DNA of 42,535 nt from NCBI GenBank assembly GCA_048213135.1, contig PS015452.1, forward strand, positions 2,336 through 44,870, in the 5' to 3' direction. Of the stretch, positions 20,743-33,027 are shown in pieces (the stretch's first letter is position 1; every line of letters begins with the position of its first letter). The position numbers and the translations under genes were made by a program. Origin of the DNA: Reclinomonas americana ATCC 50394 (taxonomy: Eukaryota). The notes under the pieces are model-generated. The model searched no databases and was not told where the DNA came from. It worked only from the letters and a program-made list of their open reading frames with translations.

Positions 20743-20938
20743 CAAAGACGCGCGTGTTCGACGGATGATGATGGTGGTGTGGGACGTGCGGTCGCGACGG
20801 ACGTCATGTTTATTGAGGCCTTCTCAGCTGTGCTCGTGTGTGTGCTGTTGGTGGTGGTGGTGGTGGTGGTGTTGATGGTGATGACGATGTTCCACACCTG
20901 CGCCTGGCTGATGCGAAGGTCGATCCCATTGTGACGAT

Positions 20939-23029
20939 TCACCGTGCTCCGGCTGTGTTTGTGTAGTTGGTTTTGGTCAACTGCTGCGCACAACAATCCC
21001 CCCCCCCCCCCCCCCCTCGCATGCTCGTATGTGCCGCACCTTGGCTTCGAGTATCCGACGGACAGCCGCCTTGTCGACCATGCGCGCGGTGAAGCTGGCA
21101 CACAGGTACACGGTCTCCATCATCGACAACTTGTTGGTGGCGTACGTGGTCTTGACCATTTCCTCCCGCTGCAGGAACCCAATGAAATCGTGCCGAGTGT
21201 AGTACTACGCTTGTGCATGGCCACTCACCTCCATCTCAAACCCGTATGCGAGCATGACCTCGCGCAGCTCCTCGTATGAAATCTCAATGGACTCGCCTGT
21301 CTCTGCGTAGTGGAATAGGAGCGGACCTGCACTTGCACACCGTCGTTGGTGAGCACACGTCTACACCACCATGGAATGAAAAACGACTGTGGCCACACCG
21401 AAATTGATCCACACGCCGCCGGCACGAAGCACGTTCTGTGTGCACCGACCAGGCAATGAGCGGTTCTACTGTGGCCGAGGCACAACTGCCGTCCACCTCA
21501 CCGCCAGTACTTCCACGTACTCGACCACGTTGCGTGCAGTGTCAAGAAAGAAACACGTGAGTACGGCGGCGTACTCATCTGCCCGAAAAAAACAAAAGAG
21601 TGAGTGGGGTGCACAGACATCCTTGCACTTTTGCACTCCCCACCATCCTCTGGGCTTTGCACTTCCCTCTCGAGCTCTCACTCACCTGCGGAGTCCACGT
21701 ACACATCCACAAAATCGCCGGCGCTCATCGACATTTGCCCTACGGTGTCGCCCGCCACATCAATCTCGCTGCCTGGATGCACATCGGGCACCATGACCGC
21801 TCGCAGCTGGTCCGACACCTGGAGCACGTTGCACGTTTGGTGCACAAATGGGTAGATGGCCACCGGTTCACGCGATATTCTATTATTGGAGTGAATCGAC
21901 AAGCACGGAACGCGATCGTGGAGCACAGAGAGAGTAGAGTCACCTGTTCAGCACAAAGTTGCTGCCCAGCAGCATGTGCATCGACCATTCGTTGCCTTCG
22001 CTCGCGAAACCTTCACCGCATACCCAGGCACACTCAATTCCACTGTCGCTCACCGGCCACACCGCTACGCGTTCGGCACTCACCACGCATCGCCACCTCG
22101 TATGTTAGCCGGCCGAGTCCGGCACCGGGAGTGAGCACGCGCAGCTCCTGCCTGGTCGCCGTCTCTCGGGGATAGACACGCTCCAGCTCGCGAAGCATTA
22201 CACCATACGTCGCCTCACGCTCCGCGACACCCTGCGCCACGCAACACGTGAGCGAAGAAGACAGTCGAGGGACAGCTGCCGTGCCGACCGACCTCGCCAC
22301 TCCAGTCGCGCACGAACTGGCGTAGAGTACTGCGCACCTTATCCATATCATCGGCTCGCACAATCTGCTCCCCTCCCCGCACACATGGAGTCACCACCAG
22401 CGAGGGTGGCACACAAACACACATTGCCGACTTTGTATCGTACATACATCGATCGCCGACACGACTCCCCCGTAGTGCTGCACATCTCACATTGCACACT
22501 TGTCGTCAGCACGCGCGCTACTCCGCGAGTTCACGAACGCGCATCGCACCTGTGGCTGGTTGTGAAACACATCGGTGTCGCCAATGATATCGTTGAGGAA
22601 GGCTTGATTGCGTTGAATCGCCGTCTTTGTCTGCTCCGCCTTGAAGCTGTGTGCGCACGCAAGCGCGTGGGTGAGACACGTAGTGACGCCTGCGCGGAGA
22701 ACTCGCCGAGACTCAACTCGACTTGTCGTAACACCGCCAGGTGACGCGCCGGTAATCGTCGGAACTCGCTCTGCATCTGCTCCAGCACACGCAACGAGTG
22801 ATTGGCGTACAACATGAACGAGCGCACTGTCTTGCGAAAGAGTCGCGCTTCCTCGGCCTCGTCGTCGTCGTCGGCGGCCACTGCCGCCTCGAATGCACGT
22901 TGCTCCTGTGCAATGTCATCGCCATCGCCCCGCTCTTGCTGCGCGTGTGCACGGCTTGAGCTGCAACGCTACACCGATACGAGAGGCGCGCTTACTCGTA
23001 CGCACCTCCGCGCGCTCCGCCTCCGCCAT
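20939..23029 (-). CDS. CARNMT1: Carnosine N-methyltransferase-like (N2227 family SAM-dependent methyltransferase), multi-exon
   Basis: Exon peptides DMDKVRSTLRQFVRDWS, RVLTPGAGLGRLTYEVA (SAM motif I), GNEWSMHMLLGSNFVLN, IYPFVHQTCN..DQLRAVMVPDV, MSMSAGDFVDVY, VLTCFFLDTARNVVEY, WINFG/PLLFHY, SIEISYEEL. Inferred start MAEAERAE|RCSSS (ATG 23029); inferred stop 20939-20941. Confidence 0.9.
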
Positions 23030-23098
23030 GTGCTATGCCGCGTGTCATGCGTCGGTCGGTCGGTGTCCTGCTGCATGCTCCGTAGTCAAGTCGTGCTC
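23030..23098. promoter_or_regulatory. Very short divergent intergenic region (putative bidirectional promoter) CARNMT1/GT61
   Basis: Inferred ATGs at 23029 (-) and 23099 (+; alternative 23075) point away from each other, 69 nt apart. Confidence 0.5.
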
Positions 23099-25860
23099 AT
23101 GGATCCGTACGCGCCCTTCCAGCGCACGCCCACTGGCAGCGCACCGCCAACAGGAGTGGCCTCACCAGCCACCCGCGGGCATGCATCTCACCATCACCTG
23201 CAAGCACAACAACAACAGCAACAGCAACAACAACAACACAGTCCACTCAGCAACCGCGCTGCTGCTGGTGGCATCAACGACGACGGCAATGGCGTTGACG
23301 ATGATGACGAGGAAGAGGGCGCTGTCTCGATCGGTGCGGGCGGTGTGCGCCGATCAAGCACCAAACTGCAACGACACAGTGAGCGTGTGGCGTCGTCGTC
23401 TTCGTCGTCGTCGGCATCGTCCACGCGCACGTGGATGTATGCAGTCGGCGCAGCGGCAGTGTTCCTCCTGCTGCTGTGGTTCACGTTTGGGGATCCACTG
23501 AACTCAGCAGGGCGGCGGCCGACTGCCGCGCAGATTGCACGCATTGTTGCGTCTCTCTCTCTCTCTCCTCTCGCTTCAGGTGCGGCTTATGAGACTGACG
23601 TGCGTGTGTATGTTGACAGAGGTACTTGGAGAGTCAGGCGTCCACCTTGTCGCGACACATTGCCGCACGAGAAGGCGAGTTGCATGATCTGAAGGCTCGT
23701 GCTGCGGCCCCGCCACCACCGCCTCCACCTCCGCCTCCACCGCCTCCACCACCAGCCGCTCTGCCTCCGGCGTCACCTAAACCATCGCCACCACCTCCTC
23801 CGCCGCCTCCTCCTCCTCCTCCGCCGCCGCCTGCGCCTGTTGCGCCTGTTGCACCGGCACCCACTCGCATCGACAGTCGCTACTTGAACACGCACATGCC
23901 TTCCACGGAGTTCTTGCAGCGACTGGGCGGTGGTCTCTCCAAGTTCGAGGCCGAGTGCGACAAGCACCTCGGATTCGGACTCATTCGCCGGTGGCAGGAG
24001 GCCGCACAGACGTACTGCTCACCTCTCAGCGGCGGTAATCCTTGTGTGCTCGTGCTCGATACCACCACGTCCAATCTGAGTGCTCACCGTTCGTACGTGC
24101 CAGCTGCCATGCTACCGTCGAAGCTCACCTGCCATCCACTCTGGCAACTGCGGCACACGGGTATGGATCCATTCTGTCACTTCTCCAACGTGATGCTGGA
24201 TTTCGAGCGACTGCGCAGTTGCGACAGTGGATGTTCTTTTTCGTGGTCTGCTGCCGGCACATACTGGGAAGCTCACCTCGCGACGCAGCTCGGCGAGGAG
24301 GCATTGCGGCCAATTGCGAGTTGTCCCGTGACTGGTGGTCACTCCCGGTGAGCGTTGTAGTATGGAGACCGCGCGTGAAATCAGCCGCTCGCTGACCACG
24401 CTCGTGCAGCGCCCTCTGCAAATGGGTAACACGTTTGCGAACTTTGCGGCGGTGAACGAACCACTGGCAAGCCGATGCACCAAGACAGTCGACACGCCAG
24501 TGCTCATTGTGTATCGCGAAAACGACGACAACTACTTTCATCGTTGCGGGCAGCCGCCACTCGCACGCAGCATCTCCGTTCACTGACAATGCATTTACCG
24601 TGGCAGGAATGGCCGAGTTCATCAACGCCTACATTGCGTACGCCATTATGGACTTGGATTTCGGCGAGCCGCAAGTGCTCATTATCGACGACCTGGGCGA
24701 CGGCAACTTCATGCAGCTGTGGTCCCATTTGTCGCGTGGCGGAAAGGTGCAGCGACTGTCGGACTTTCGAGGTCTGTCTCTCAGGCGTCGGGCGACCCTA
24801 CTTTGTGTTTCTCACACGCTGCCAAACAGACTCGGATCGCATCTGCTACAAGACAGCCATGGTGGCGCTTCCCGGAGGCACCAATTTCATCTGGAAAGAC
24901 CTGTACCGACCTGCCGACTGCCTCGACAGCCCGCTGTTGCAGGCATTTGTGCGCTTCATGCTCTCCAAGTGCGTCGGCACACGCATGTGGAGTCTTATTC
25001 GTTGGCTGACGTGTGCGTGCGCCTCCTTGGTGGTAGAATGGGTTTGTTGGAGGAGGACGAAGAGAACGCACATCACCTGGCCGATCGCCCCATCCGCATC
25101 ACCTTTTCTCGCCGCTCGTTTAAGCCCAACCAGCACATTTCTCGTAAAATCGTCAACGAAGAAGTGCGTGAGCAAGTAGCGCTGCACGGCCGCTCCCTCT
25201 CCCTTGTTTCTCCTCATCTCTTTGTGACTGGATATGCAGGACCTGGTGAATCTGGTCAAGTCGACGACCAATGCGGTGGTGACGACGGTCGACTTTGGCA
25301 CGATTTCTCTGATGGAGCAACTGAAACTGGCTCGCAACACCGACTTGTTTATCGGCATGCACGGTGCCGGCATGACGCATGTCATCTGGATGCCCGAAGG
25401 CAGCGTGGTCATGGAGATGTTCCCGCTGGACTTTTGGACGCAGTCCGCCATGCGGAATCTCAGCAGGTAAAGTAATTCACTCCGTGGTCTGTCGATGGCG
25501 ACTTGACATCATATTGTCTCTTTTGTTGGCCGCACAGGTATACACGCAAGCAGTACATCAACTGGCGGAATGTTCACCAGAAAAATCACTTGGTCCGCCA
25601 CGATCTGAAACCAAGTGCGTCGCAGTGCGATACGCTCCCCGCTTTCTCTGTTCTTCCCCTCGTCGACTGACACCTGCTTTTTGCCAGTCGACCCGCCGCG
25701 CGACACGATTGTCGACATTGATGAATTCCGGCACGTGTTCAACACGGCTGCACAGCTGGCGCGCCTGTACCGTAACCGCCGCGGCTTCTGTGGCATCGAC
25801 TGCAAGAATGACGAGGCCGATCAGATCACGTGGGAGAGTACCGTGTACGCGCCTCCGTAG
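23099..25860 (+). CDS. Glycosyltransferase family 61 (EOGT/POMGNT2/xylosyltransferase-like), type II membrane protein, multi-exon
   Basis: N-terminal tail, TM WMYAVGAAAVFLLLLWFTF, coiled-coil and poly-Pro stem, then NYFH..MAEFINAY, RKIVNEE and EQLKLARNTDLFIGMHGAGMTHVIWMPEGSVVMEMFP (GT61 'GxHGAGxTH' signature), DTIVDIDEF; TAG 25858-25860. Confidence 0.85.
23708..23834 (+). repeat. CCN repeats encoding two poly-Pro runs in the GT61 stem
   Basis: APPPPPPPPPPPPPPPAALPPASPKPSPPPPPPPPPPPPPPPA. Confidence 0.9.
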
Positions 25861-25936
25861 AATTGCACTCGACAATAAAAAAAGGAGAAAAATACCGGCT
25901 GTACACTTTCCACATACACACACGCGCGCCTGCGTG

Positions 25937-27529
25937 TCACCGCCGACTGGAAGACTTGCGCCGATACGAATGCCTTCGCGGATTGGCCTCGTCTCCGTTG
26001 ATGACAATTCGGCGACCTCCCACCTCGACCGTAATTGGCGGATAGCCTCCACCACCACCGCCGCCATGATCGCGATGTCGGCGAGAAGCCGAAGACGAGC
26101 GTACGCGACTCTCCATGGCCACTCCGACCTCCGAGGAGCCGCGAGCCGATACTGGTCGGCTGCCCAGCTGATGTCGCATGTCGGCACGCAACGACTGCAG
26201 CCAGTTGCCGTGACTGCGAAGAACGCGACGGGCCGAGTCACGCTCGTCATTCCATCGAATCAGAGCCGACCGCAATCGCTGGTAGCTGGGATCGCCGTAC
26301 AGGCTAGAGCCGTATAACCTGCGCGGGAAGATGACGACGATGATGATGAGACACAACTTTGTCAGCTGCCGCTCTTTTGTCTTCCTCACCTCGGCACGCC
26401 ACGATGCTCTGGAAGCCACGACTCCGGCAAGTAGCTGACCCAGTGCGATGGCGTTCGCCTGTCTGGCGGTGTGGCGCCAGCAAAATGCCGCATGCTCAAC
26501 ACCTCCCGCATGTGCCGCAGGTGCTCGTCGGTTGTGCTGTCGAGTGCATCGGGCCGCGAGTGCGCAGACTTCTTGCCGCGCAGCGTGTGCACAAGCTGCT
26601 TGATATCACGCTCCAGTGCAAAGATGTGCTGCAGCAACGGCGCAGGAATTTCGCCAGGCTCTGCAGCTGCACCACCGGCGCCAGTACCATCCGGTCCATC
26701 AGGTGGCGTTCGTCTCCACTCATCGTCCGACATGACGGACTGCACCATCGCCACCAAAGTCAGTACCAACATCTCTCATTCCCGATCCCTAGCTTCTCTC
26801 TCTCCCTCATGGCACGTACCGCATCGGCTTGCGACAATGAGTCCTCGATCAACTTGAGTCGCTCACTGCGCAGTCGGGCCAGCTGCTGAATCTTGGCCAC
26901 GTGTCGCGCCTCCTTGTTCAACTGCTGTGCCTCGCGCTCGAGCATGCGCTTCACGTCCTTCATGGCCTTCTTGTATGCCTCGTACGAATCCGGTGGCAGG
27001 TCGCTCTGCAGGGCGCGCATGTCGGTGGCCCACGTCGCTCGTGCCTCCTCCAGACTGCGCTGCCGCTCACGAATCATGTCGCGCTGTCTGTTGATAAACG
27101 CCATGGCCTGGTCTACGCTCTCACGCTCGTCGTCCACGTAGCTGCCACTGGCGGCACCGTCCTCGCTCGGCGGCGCCCCAGTGTCACCATGCTCTCCTTC
27201 GACCACGTCAACAGCAATGCCCACGTTCTCCTTGGAACGACGCACTTCGCTAGATGCAGCGGCCGTACCAGCACCTCGGCGAGTACTGCTCTGCTGAGGC
27301 GCGCCAGTGGTCACCGGCACGAATGCAGAGTCGTCAGACATGGCCAGCGCACCTGTGGCGCACTCTGCCGATGAGCAGCGGAGCCTCGAACATTACGAGA
27401 CGCATTTTTATCTGCAACTTACCATGTGCATGCCCGGAACTCTTCTTGGGCGACGACTGCGCGACACCACCACGTGGTGATGGTGCACGGTTGGCAGACA
27501 CGGGACGCAAGATGCCCGCCGGAACAGCT

Positions 27530-27560
<31 letters not shown>

Positions 27561-30500
27561 GCAGCGCTTCCTCACGTCGATTCGCCTCTGCCGTTTGAAT
27601 CTCCTGCGCGTGGGTTCCATGAGTGTGCTTGCCTCACACAGTGAGGGGGGCGATCGACGTACCAGTTCACGCAAAACGCGATCACGCTCCTCTTGCTGTT
27701 GTTGAAGAAGTTGCTCGCGTTCGTCGAGTTCTTGACGACGCTGTCGCTGTTCCTCGGCGCGCTCTCGCTGCTCAGCAGTCAGCACCGACACTCAGCATCG
27801 AACCAAGCAGCACAGACACAAACCAACTCCTGCTCCATACGATCGCGCTCCTGCTGCTGTGCGTCGAGTGTGTGCTGGAACTCTTGTTCCCGCTGCTGTC
27901 GCTGCTGTTGCGTCATGGCGACCTCGGCAGACTTCATCTCCTGCGAAAAGGAATGCAAAATGAGGTGAGCGCGCGCGCAGGGAATGACAACTCTCTCTCT
28001 CTCTTTCTCTGTCTTCCTACTCACCAACTCTGCCCGCATGCGCGCTTGCTCCGCCCGCTGCTCCTCGATCAACTTTTCGTGTGCGCGCTCACGGGCCGCC
28101 TGCTGCGCTTGCATCGCGGCCAGTTCCGCCCGCTGTCGGCCAACAACGTCCTCCTGCTGCTGCAACTCCTGCTGCAGCTTCCGCTGCTGCTCCAGAAGTT
28201 CCTGCTGGCGCTGCTGTGCCGACTTGAATCGTTGCTCCTCTCGTCGCTGCGACTCTTGCAATGCGGCGAGTTCCACACGCTGACGCTCGAGTTCCTGCTC
28301 CAGACGCAGTTTTTCCAGCTGCGCAGAGAATAATCAACGTCAGACAGATTGTGTTTTTCTCTATTCGCTCTTGTGACGACAACAACGACAACGAACATCG
28401 GCTTCGTGCTTGACGCGCTGCTTTTGCAACTCGAACTCGCCGCGAGCGCGCTGATACTCGTGATCAATCTCCTGCTTGACCCGAGCTCGTTCCAGCTCGA
28501 TTTCGGCATTGACGCGATCCCGCTCCTTGGCCACGGTGCGTTCCAGTTCCTGCATTCGCAGCAGTCAATCTCCAGGGTCGCGTCCGTTTTCATCTCTCTT
28601 GTCTCTTTGCCCATACACGTACCTCCTTCTCACGTGCCGCACGCTGCACAGCCTGTTGCCGCTCCTCCTCCAGTCGCTGCATGCGCACCTTGTACTCCTC
28701 ATTGGCACGACTGAGACGTTCTTCCATCTCGGCGCGCCATTTCTCTTCACGAGAGCGCGTCTGCTTCTCGGCCTCGCGTTCCCACTCGGACTTTTGCGTA
28801 ACCCGCTGCGCGGCCTCAGCTTCGAGCTGAGAGCGCAGATCGCGAAGCTGCCGCTGGTACTCTTCGGCCTCGCGTTGGAAATCAAGGTCGCGCTGTCGGC
28901 TCTCAGACTCAATCTGCACACCCAAGTGGAAGAAGCGAGTGAGCGCACTGACGACTCCCATGGTATATCCCGTCACCTTCCCAAGCCCCCCCCCCCCTCC
29001 TCCCCTTCCCCCGTCTTCCTTCCCTCCCCTTCCCTTTGCGTACACGCACCTTGTCCTCCTCAACACGAAGCTTCCGCTCCAACTCACTCCGCTTATTCTT
29101 CTCCATCTCCTCCAACTCTCGCTTGATAGTCTGAATACGCCGCTCGCGCTCGTCCAACAACCGCTGCTCCTCGGTGGCCAGCGACTGCAGATTGGTCTGG
29201 AAGGTTTTCCGTTCGCGATCCTCCTCCTCCGTAAATTGGCGTTTCAATGCGGCGATTCGCTCCTCATAACGCCGCCGCTCCTCCTCGTATCGCTCCTGGA
29301 GCAACAGAACCAGCACAGTGAGCACAATTAATGAAAAAGCATCCCCCTTCCCCCCCACGAATGTCCCTGCACGCACATTTTCTCGCGACTGCAGCTCCAG
29401 CAGCGCCTGCTCGGCCTTCAGCCGCAGCTCACTCTTGCGTCGCTCCAATTCGGTCTCCATGCGGGACACGTCGAGCTCTTCGCCGGCCACCTTTTCCATC
29501 TGCGACGACAGATTGGTGCGTTGCGAGTTCAACCTACATGCACAGCAACGCATCCGGAGATCAACAACGAGAACCACGACCACCACGAACTCTTCCCGCG
29601 CGTGCGCGCACGCCAATAACGCACCGTTCCCTCTGCTGGCGCTCAAAGTCCTGGAACTGCTGCTCCATGTCGTCCAGCAGCCTCTGCTTGCGCGCCTCCA
29701 GGTCACGCAACACCGAGGTGCGGGCCTCCTCCTCCAGCTGTTCGCTCTTGCGGCGCTTTTGCTCTGCATGCTGCTCCTCGCACTGGCGGAGCTGCGTTTC
29801 GAATTCGCGCTGCCGTGTGCGCAACTCGTCGGCGAATCTGCGATGCCATGAGACGGGTGCAGACAGCTACAAGGCAATCCCAGCGGAACCCAACTTGCGC
29901 TCCACTTCGCTCTTCTCACTCGCCAGTGCATCCTTCTTCTTCTCCAGCTCCGTGCGCAAGCGACTGATAAGCTCCTCTTGCGAGCGGAATTCGTCGGATC
30001 GCAGCTGCAGAAAGGGTCAGCTATTCAGCACGACAGCATCGCGTAACGCCCCTGCATTTCGTACAAACCTCGACCTGCAAACCGAGTCGCTCCTTGGCGG
30101 CCTGAATGCGGCGGTCACGCTCCGCACGCATCTCGGTCTCGTAGTCGGCCACTTCTTTCTCCATCTGTGTACGTTGGAGAGAACACGAGAGGAGGAGATA
30201 ATGTTGAGGACTTGCATACAACCGCACTTCCACCTGCGAGCATGCTCACCTGGCTCATGATTCGCTGCCGCTTATTCTGCCGCTCCTTCTCAACATCATC
30301 CTGCAGTCGCTGCTCCATCTCCTCCAACTCACGCTTGCATGAATTCTGTGCAGGAGACGTGAGAACTCAATACAACGCGCTAACTGACGCCACGCCGTAC
30401 CTGCAGATCGCGGAGTTTGCGCTGATGTTCGTACTCTTCCCGTTGCATGCTCTCCTGCAGCTCACGCTCACGCTATACCGAGATTGACAAAATGAGGCAC

Positions 30501-32872
30501 AGCAACGCACACATTCACAAACATACAACTGCTTGCCCACACCTTTACGCGCTTCGACTGCATATCGGACTCCAGTTCCTCCAACTCGAAATCCAACTTG
30601 CTCTTCAGCTCGTTGCGTCGGCGCTCTGTCTGCGCGGCGAACTCGCGCTCCAGCTTCTCCACCGAGTCCTTGCTCTGCGACTCCAACAGACGTCGTTTCT
30701 CACCGTCGAACTTTTGCAGCTCTTCGGCTTCCAGGCGGCGACGGCGTTCTTCGTAGTCACGCATGAGTTGCTCGCGGTAGCGACGCATTTCCTCGTCCAA
30801 CTCGCGGCGGATGCGCTCCTTCTCCGACTCCTGGCGCGATCGCTCCTGCACGCGCACACAGTGTGTCAGTGACGGTGGCAGTCGTTGCGTCTTGTCCCTA
30901 CAATGCAGACGCACCTTGGAGGTCTCTTCGCGAGCGCGAACCTCCAGCTCCCTTCGCTCCTCCTCAATCTGCTGCTCGAGACGCCGACGTTCGCGATCCC
31001 ACTCCAGGCGCTTGCGGTCGAGCTGCGACTGGAATTCCTCCAACTCCTGCCGCTCTTTCTGCGCGGGGAGCATGGTTAGGATACAGTGGAATGGATTGAA
31101 GACCGCAGTCAGACCAACCTCTTGCAATCGTTTCCGCTCAAACTCACTGCTGACCTTGGAGGACACCTCCTCCTGCCACTCCTGTTCGACTGCGGTCACC
31201 GAAGAAGATGATCAGCACGTTGTTTTCTTCGCGAGCATCGGTGAGAGGGGCAGTAGCGGTGCACAGACGCACTCTTTTCGGCACGCTTCAGCACCGGTTT
31301 TCCACCAACGACAGCCGTCGTCAGCGGCTCCTCTGCGGAAACATCGATTCGATCTCGCGGTCTCAAACTGCCGACAGTGCCCGTCAGCTGATTCGTCGGT
31401 GCAATGGCAAGAGGCGACGATCCGCCCGACGATGCCAGCGGCCCTCTCACACTGGCTGCCGCCGACGACTGTATCCCCGAAGACACTGCCATTACTGGCG
31501 ATGCGCCAATCGCCACAGCAGGAGCAGGAGAACCCGCAGCGGGCGCCGATGCTGGTTGTGGATCGGTGCGGCGGACGAGCGGACCTCCCACTGCCGTATT
31601 CACTCCGGGACCCGTGCGGATGGTGGGCTTGGCCTTGGCCTTCGCAATACCAACGTGTGAGACTACAGAAGCACACGGACAGTGCAGTGCACACAATGTA
31701 CGAACCGCGTCAACCACGACTTTTGGCTGAGAGTTCTCTTGCGTGCGCTGTGGCATGATGAGATCCTCGGAGCCACTCATCGACACGGGCTTCGAGACGG
31801 AGCGCTGCGGCACTGCCATGGCTTCACCGACTGTGACAGCAGGAGTGTTGTTGTTGTTGGCACAATGACACACTTGCTAGCGTGCGCATATCTCTCTCTT
31901 TCTCTGTGAACGCAACGAGCAGCACCAGTGCCACTGTCCAGTGGCCCGATGGAACCGAGCGGCTTGCGATTGTTCAGATTGCCCATGGACGGCAACGGCT
32001 GCAGTTTGCCACCTTTCGGCAGCTGGTGCACGGACGAGAACATGAGTGCAACGCTCTTCTGCAACGAACGCATGGAGGGAGCACACGCAACTCCGCCTAG
32101 TGACGATGGCGAGGCAGCGGCGCGTGTAGGCGAGCCCAATTGTTGCTGTGGAGTACGACGAGAAGTGAGAAGGTGAAGAGAGAAAGTGTGTGACGATGAG
32201 TGGAAAACGTACTGTCGGCGGCTTGCCACTGGCCGAAGTACGTGAGGCTGCTCCAGGCCCTCGTTGTGCCTGACAGTACGCCACGTGAGACAACCGCTCG
32301 CATGTGCTACTCCACATAACACACAAACGCAACTTGATACCGCTTCCCGTGCAACTCGAACATTTTCTTCTCCTCCTTGGCCATGTCCTTGAACTGCTCA
32401 TCCAGCGGGTGATCCCATATACTCTCACCAGTGACGCAGTTCCAGTAGTAGATCTCATCCTTTTCCGTTTTGCTGTGCGCGACAGCGTGCGATGAGCTGC
32501 TTGTTGTCGTCCCTTGATCTCTCTCTATCACAGACGCAAACCAGCAAAACGCACCAAGCCTTCCAGTTATCAGGCAGTGGCGCCTTCAGACCCTCGCGTG
32601 CGATCCACAGCAGCTCCTTGTGAATGTCGGGATCGAGATCCAACCAACGCGCATACTCGGCAATCTCTGCACACGCAACGCAACACAGTCTCAGAATAAA
32701 ACACAATCACACTTCTCTTTCTCTCTCTTTCACACACACACACGTACCCTCAGCTGTGGGCTCATAGTGCTGCACACACGCCAGCAATCAATTCATCACA
32801 ATCATCACAATCATCACTCACTGACGAAGGAAACCAAACCTCCAAATCCTCCTCCAGGATGACGTTGGCCAT
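25937..32872 (-). CDS. CEP164: Centrosomal protein CEP164-like (N-terminal WW domain, long coiled coil), multi-exon
   Basis: Spliced N-terminus MANVILEEDLE|HYEPTAE|EIAEYARWLDLDPDIHKELLWIAREGLKAPLPDNWKA|..KTEKDEIYYWNCVTGESIWDHPLDEQFK matches the CEP164 helical-bundle/WW signature; followed by a Ser/Pro-rich linker, extensive E/R/Q/K coiled-coil exons (27400-31200) and a terminal exon ending TGA 25937-25939. Confidence 0.88.
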
Positions 32873-33027
32873 CGCAATCAACAGGCTCACAGACAGGCAG
32901 ATTAAATGAGAGAAAAGAAGAAGAGAGAGGCCCACGCCCCCCCAACGGTCAAATTTCTCCTTCCCGCCAATTGCAAGTTGCTCTGCGCATTTGTCTTTGT
33001 CCACGCCGTTTACTGACGGAGCGAGAG
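32873..33027. promoter_or_regulatory. Divergent intergenic region (putative bidirectional promoter) CEP164/EFCAB5-like
   Basis: ATG 32872 (-) and ATG 33028 (+) are 155 nt apart; contains ccaattg (~32967) and a C-run. Confidence 0.5.

Noticed and set aside
20998-21016. C19 run (and C-runs near 28986 and 29344) as intronic G-quadruplex elements
   Set aside because: Simple homopolymers in introns, with lengths unreliable in pyrosequencing data; no further support.
32864-32879. X-box-like GTTGGCCATCGCAAT near the CEP164 start
   Set aside because: Poor match to the RFX consensus and overlaps the coding start.
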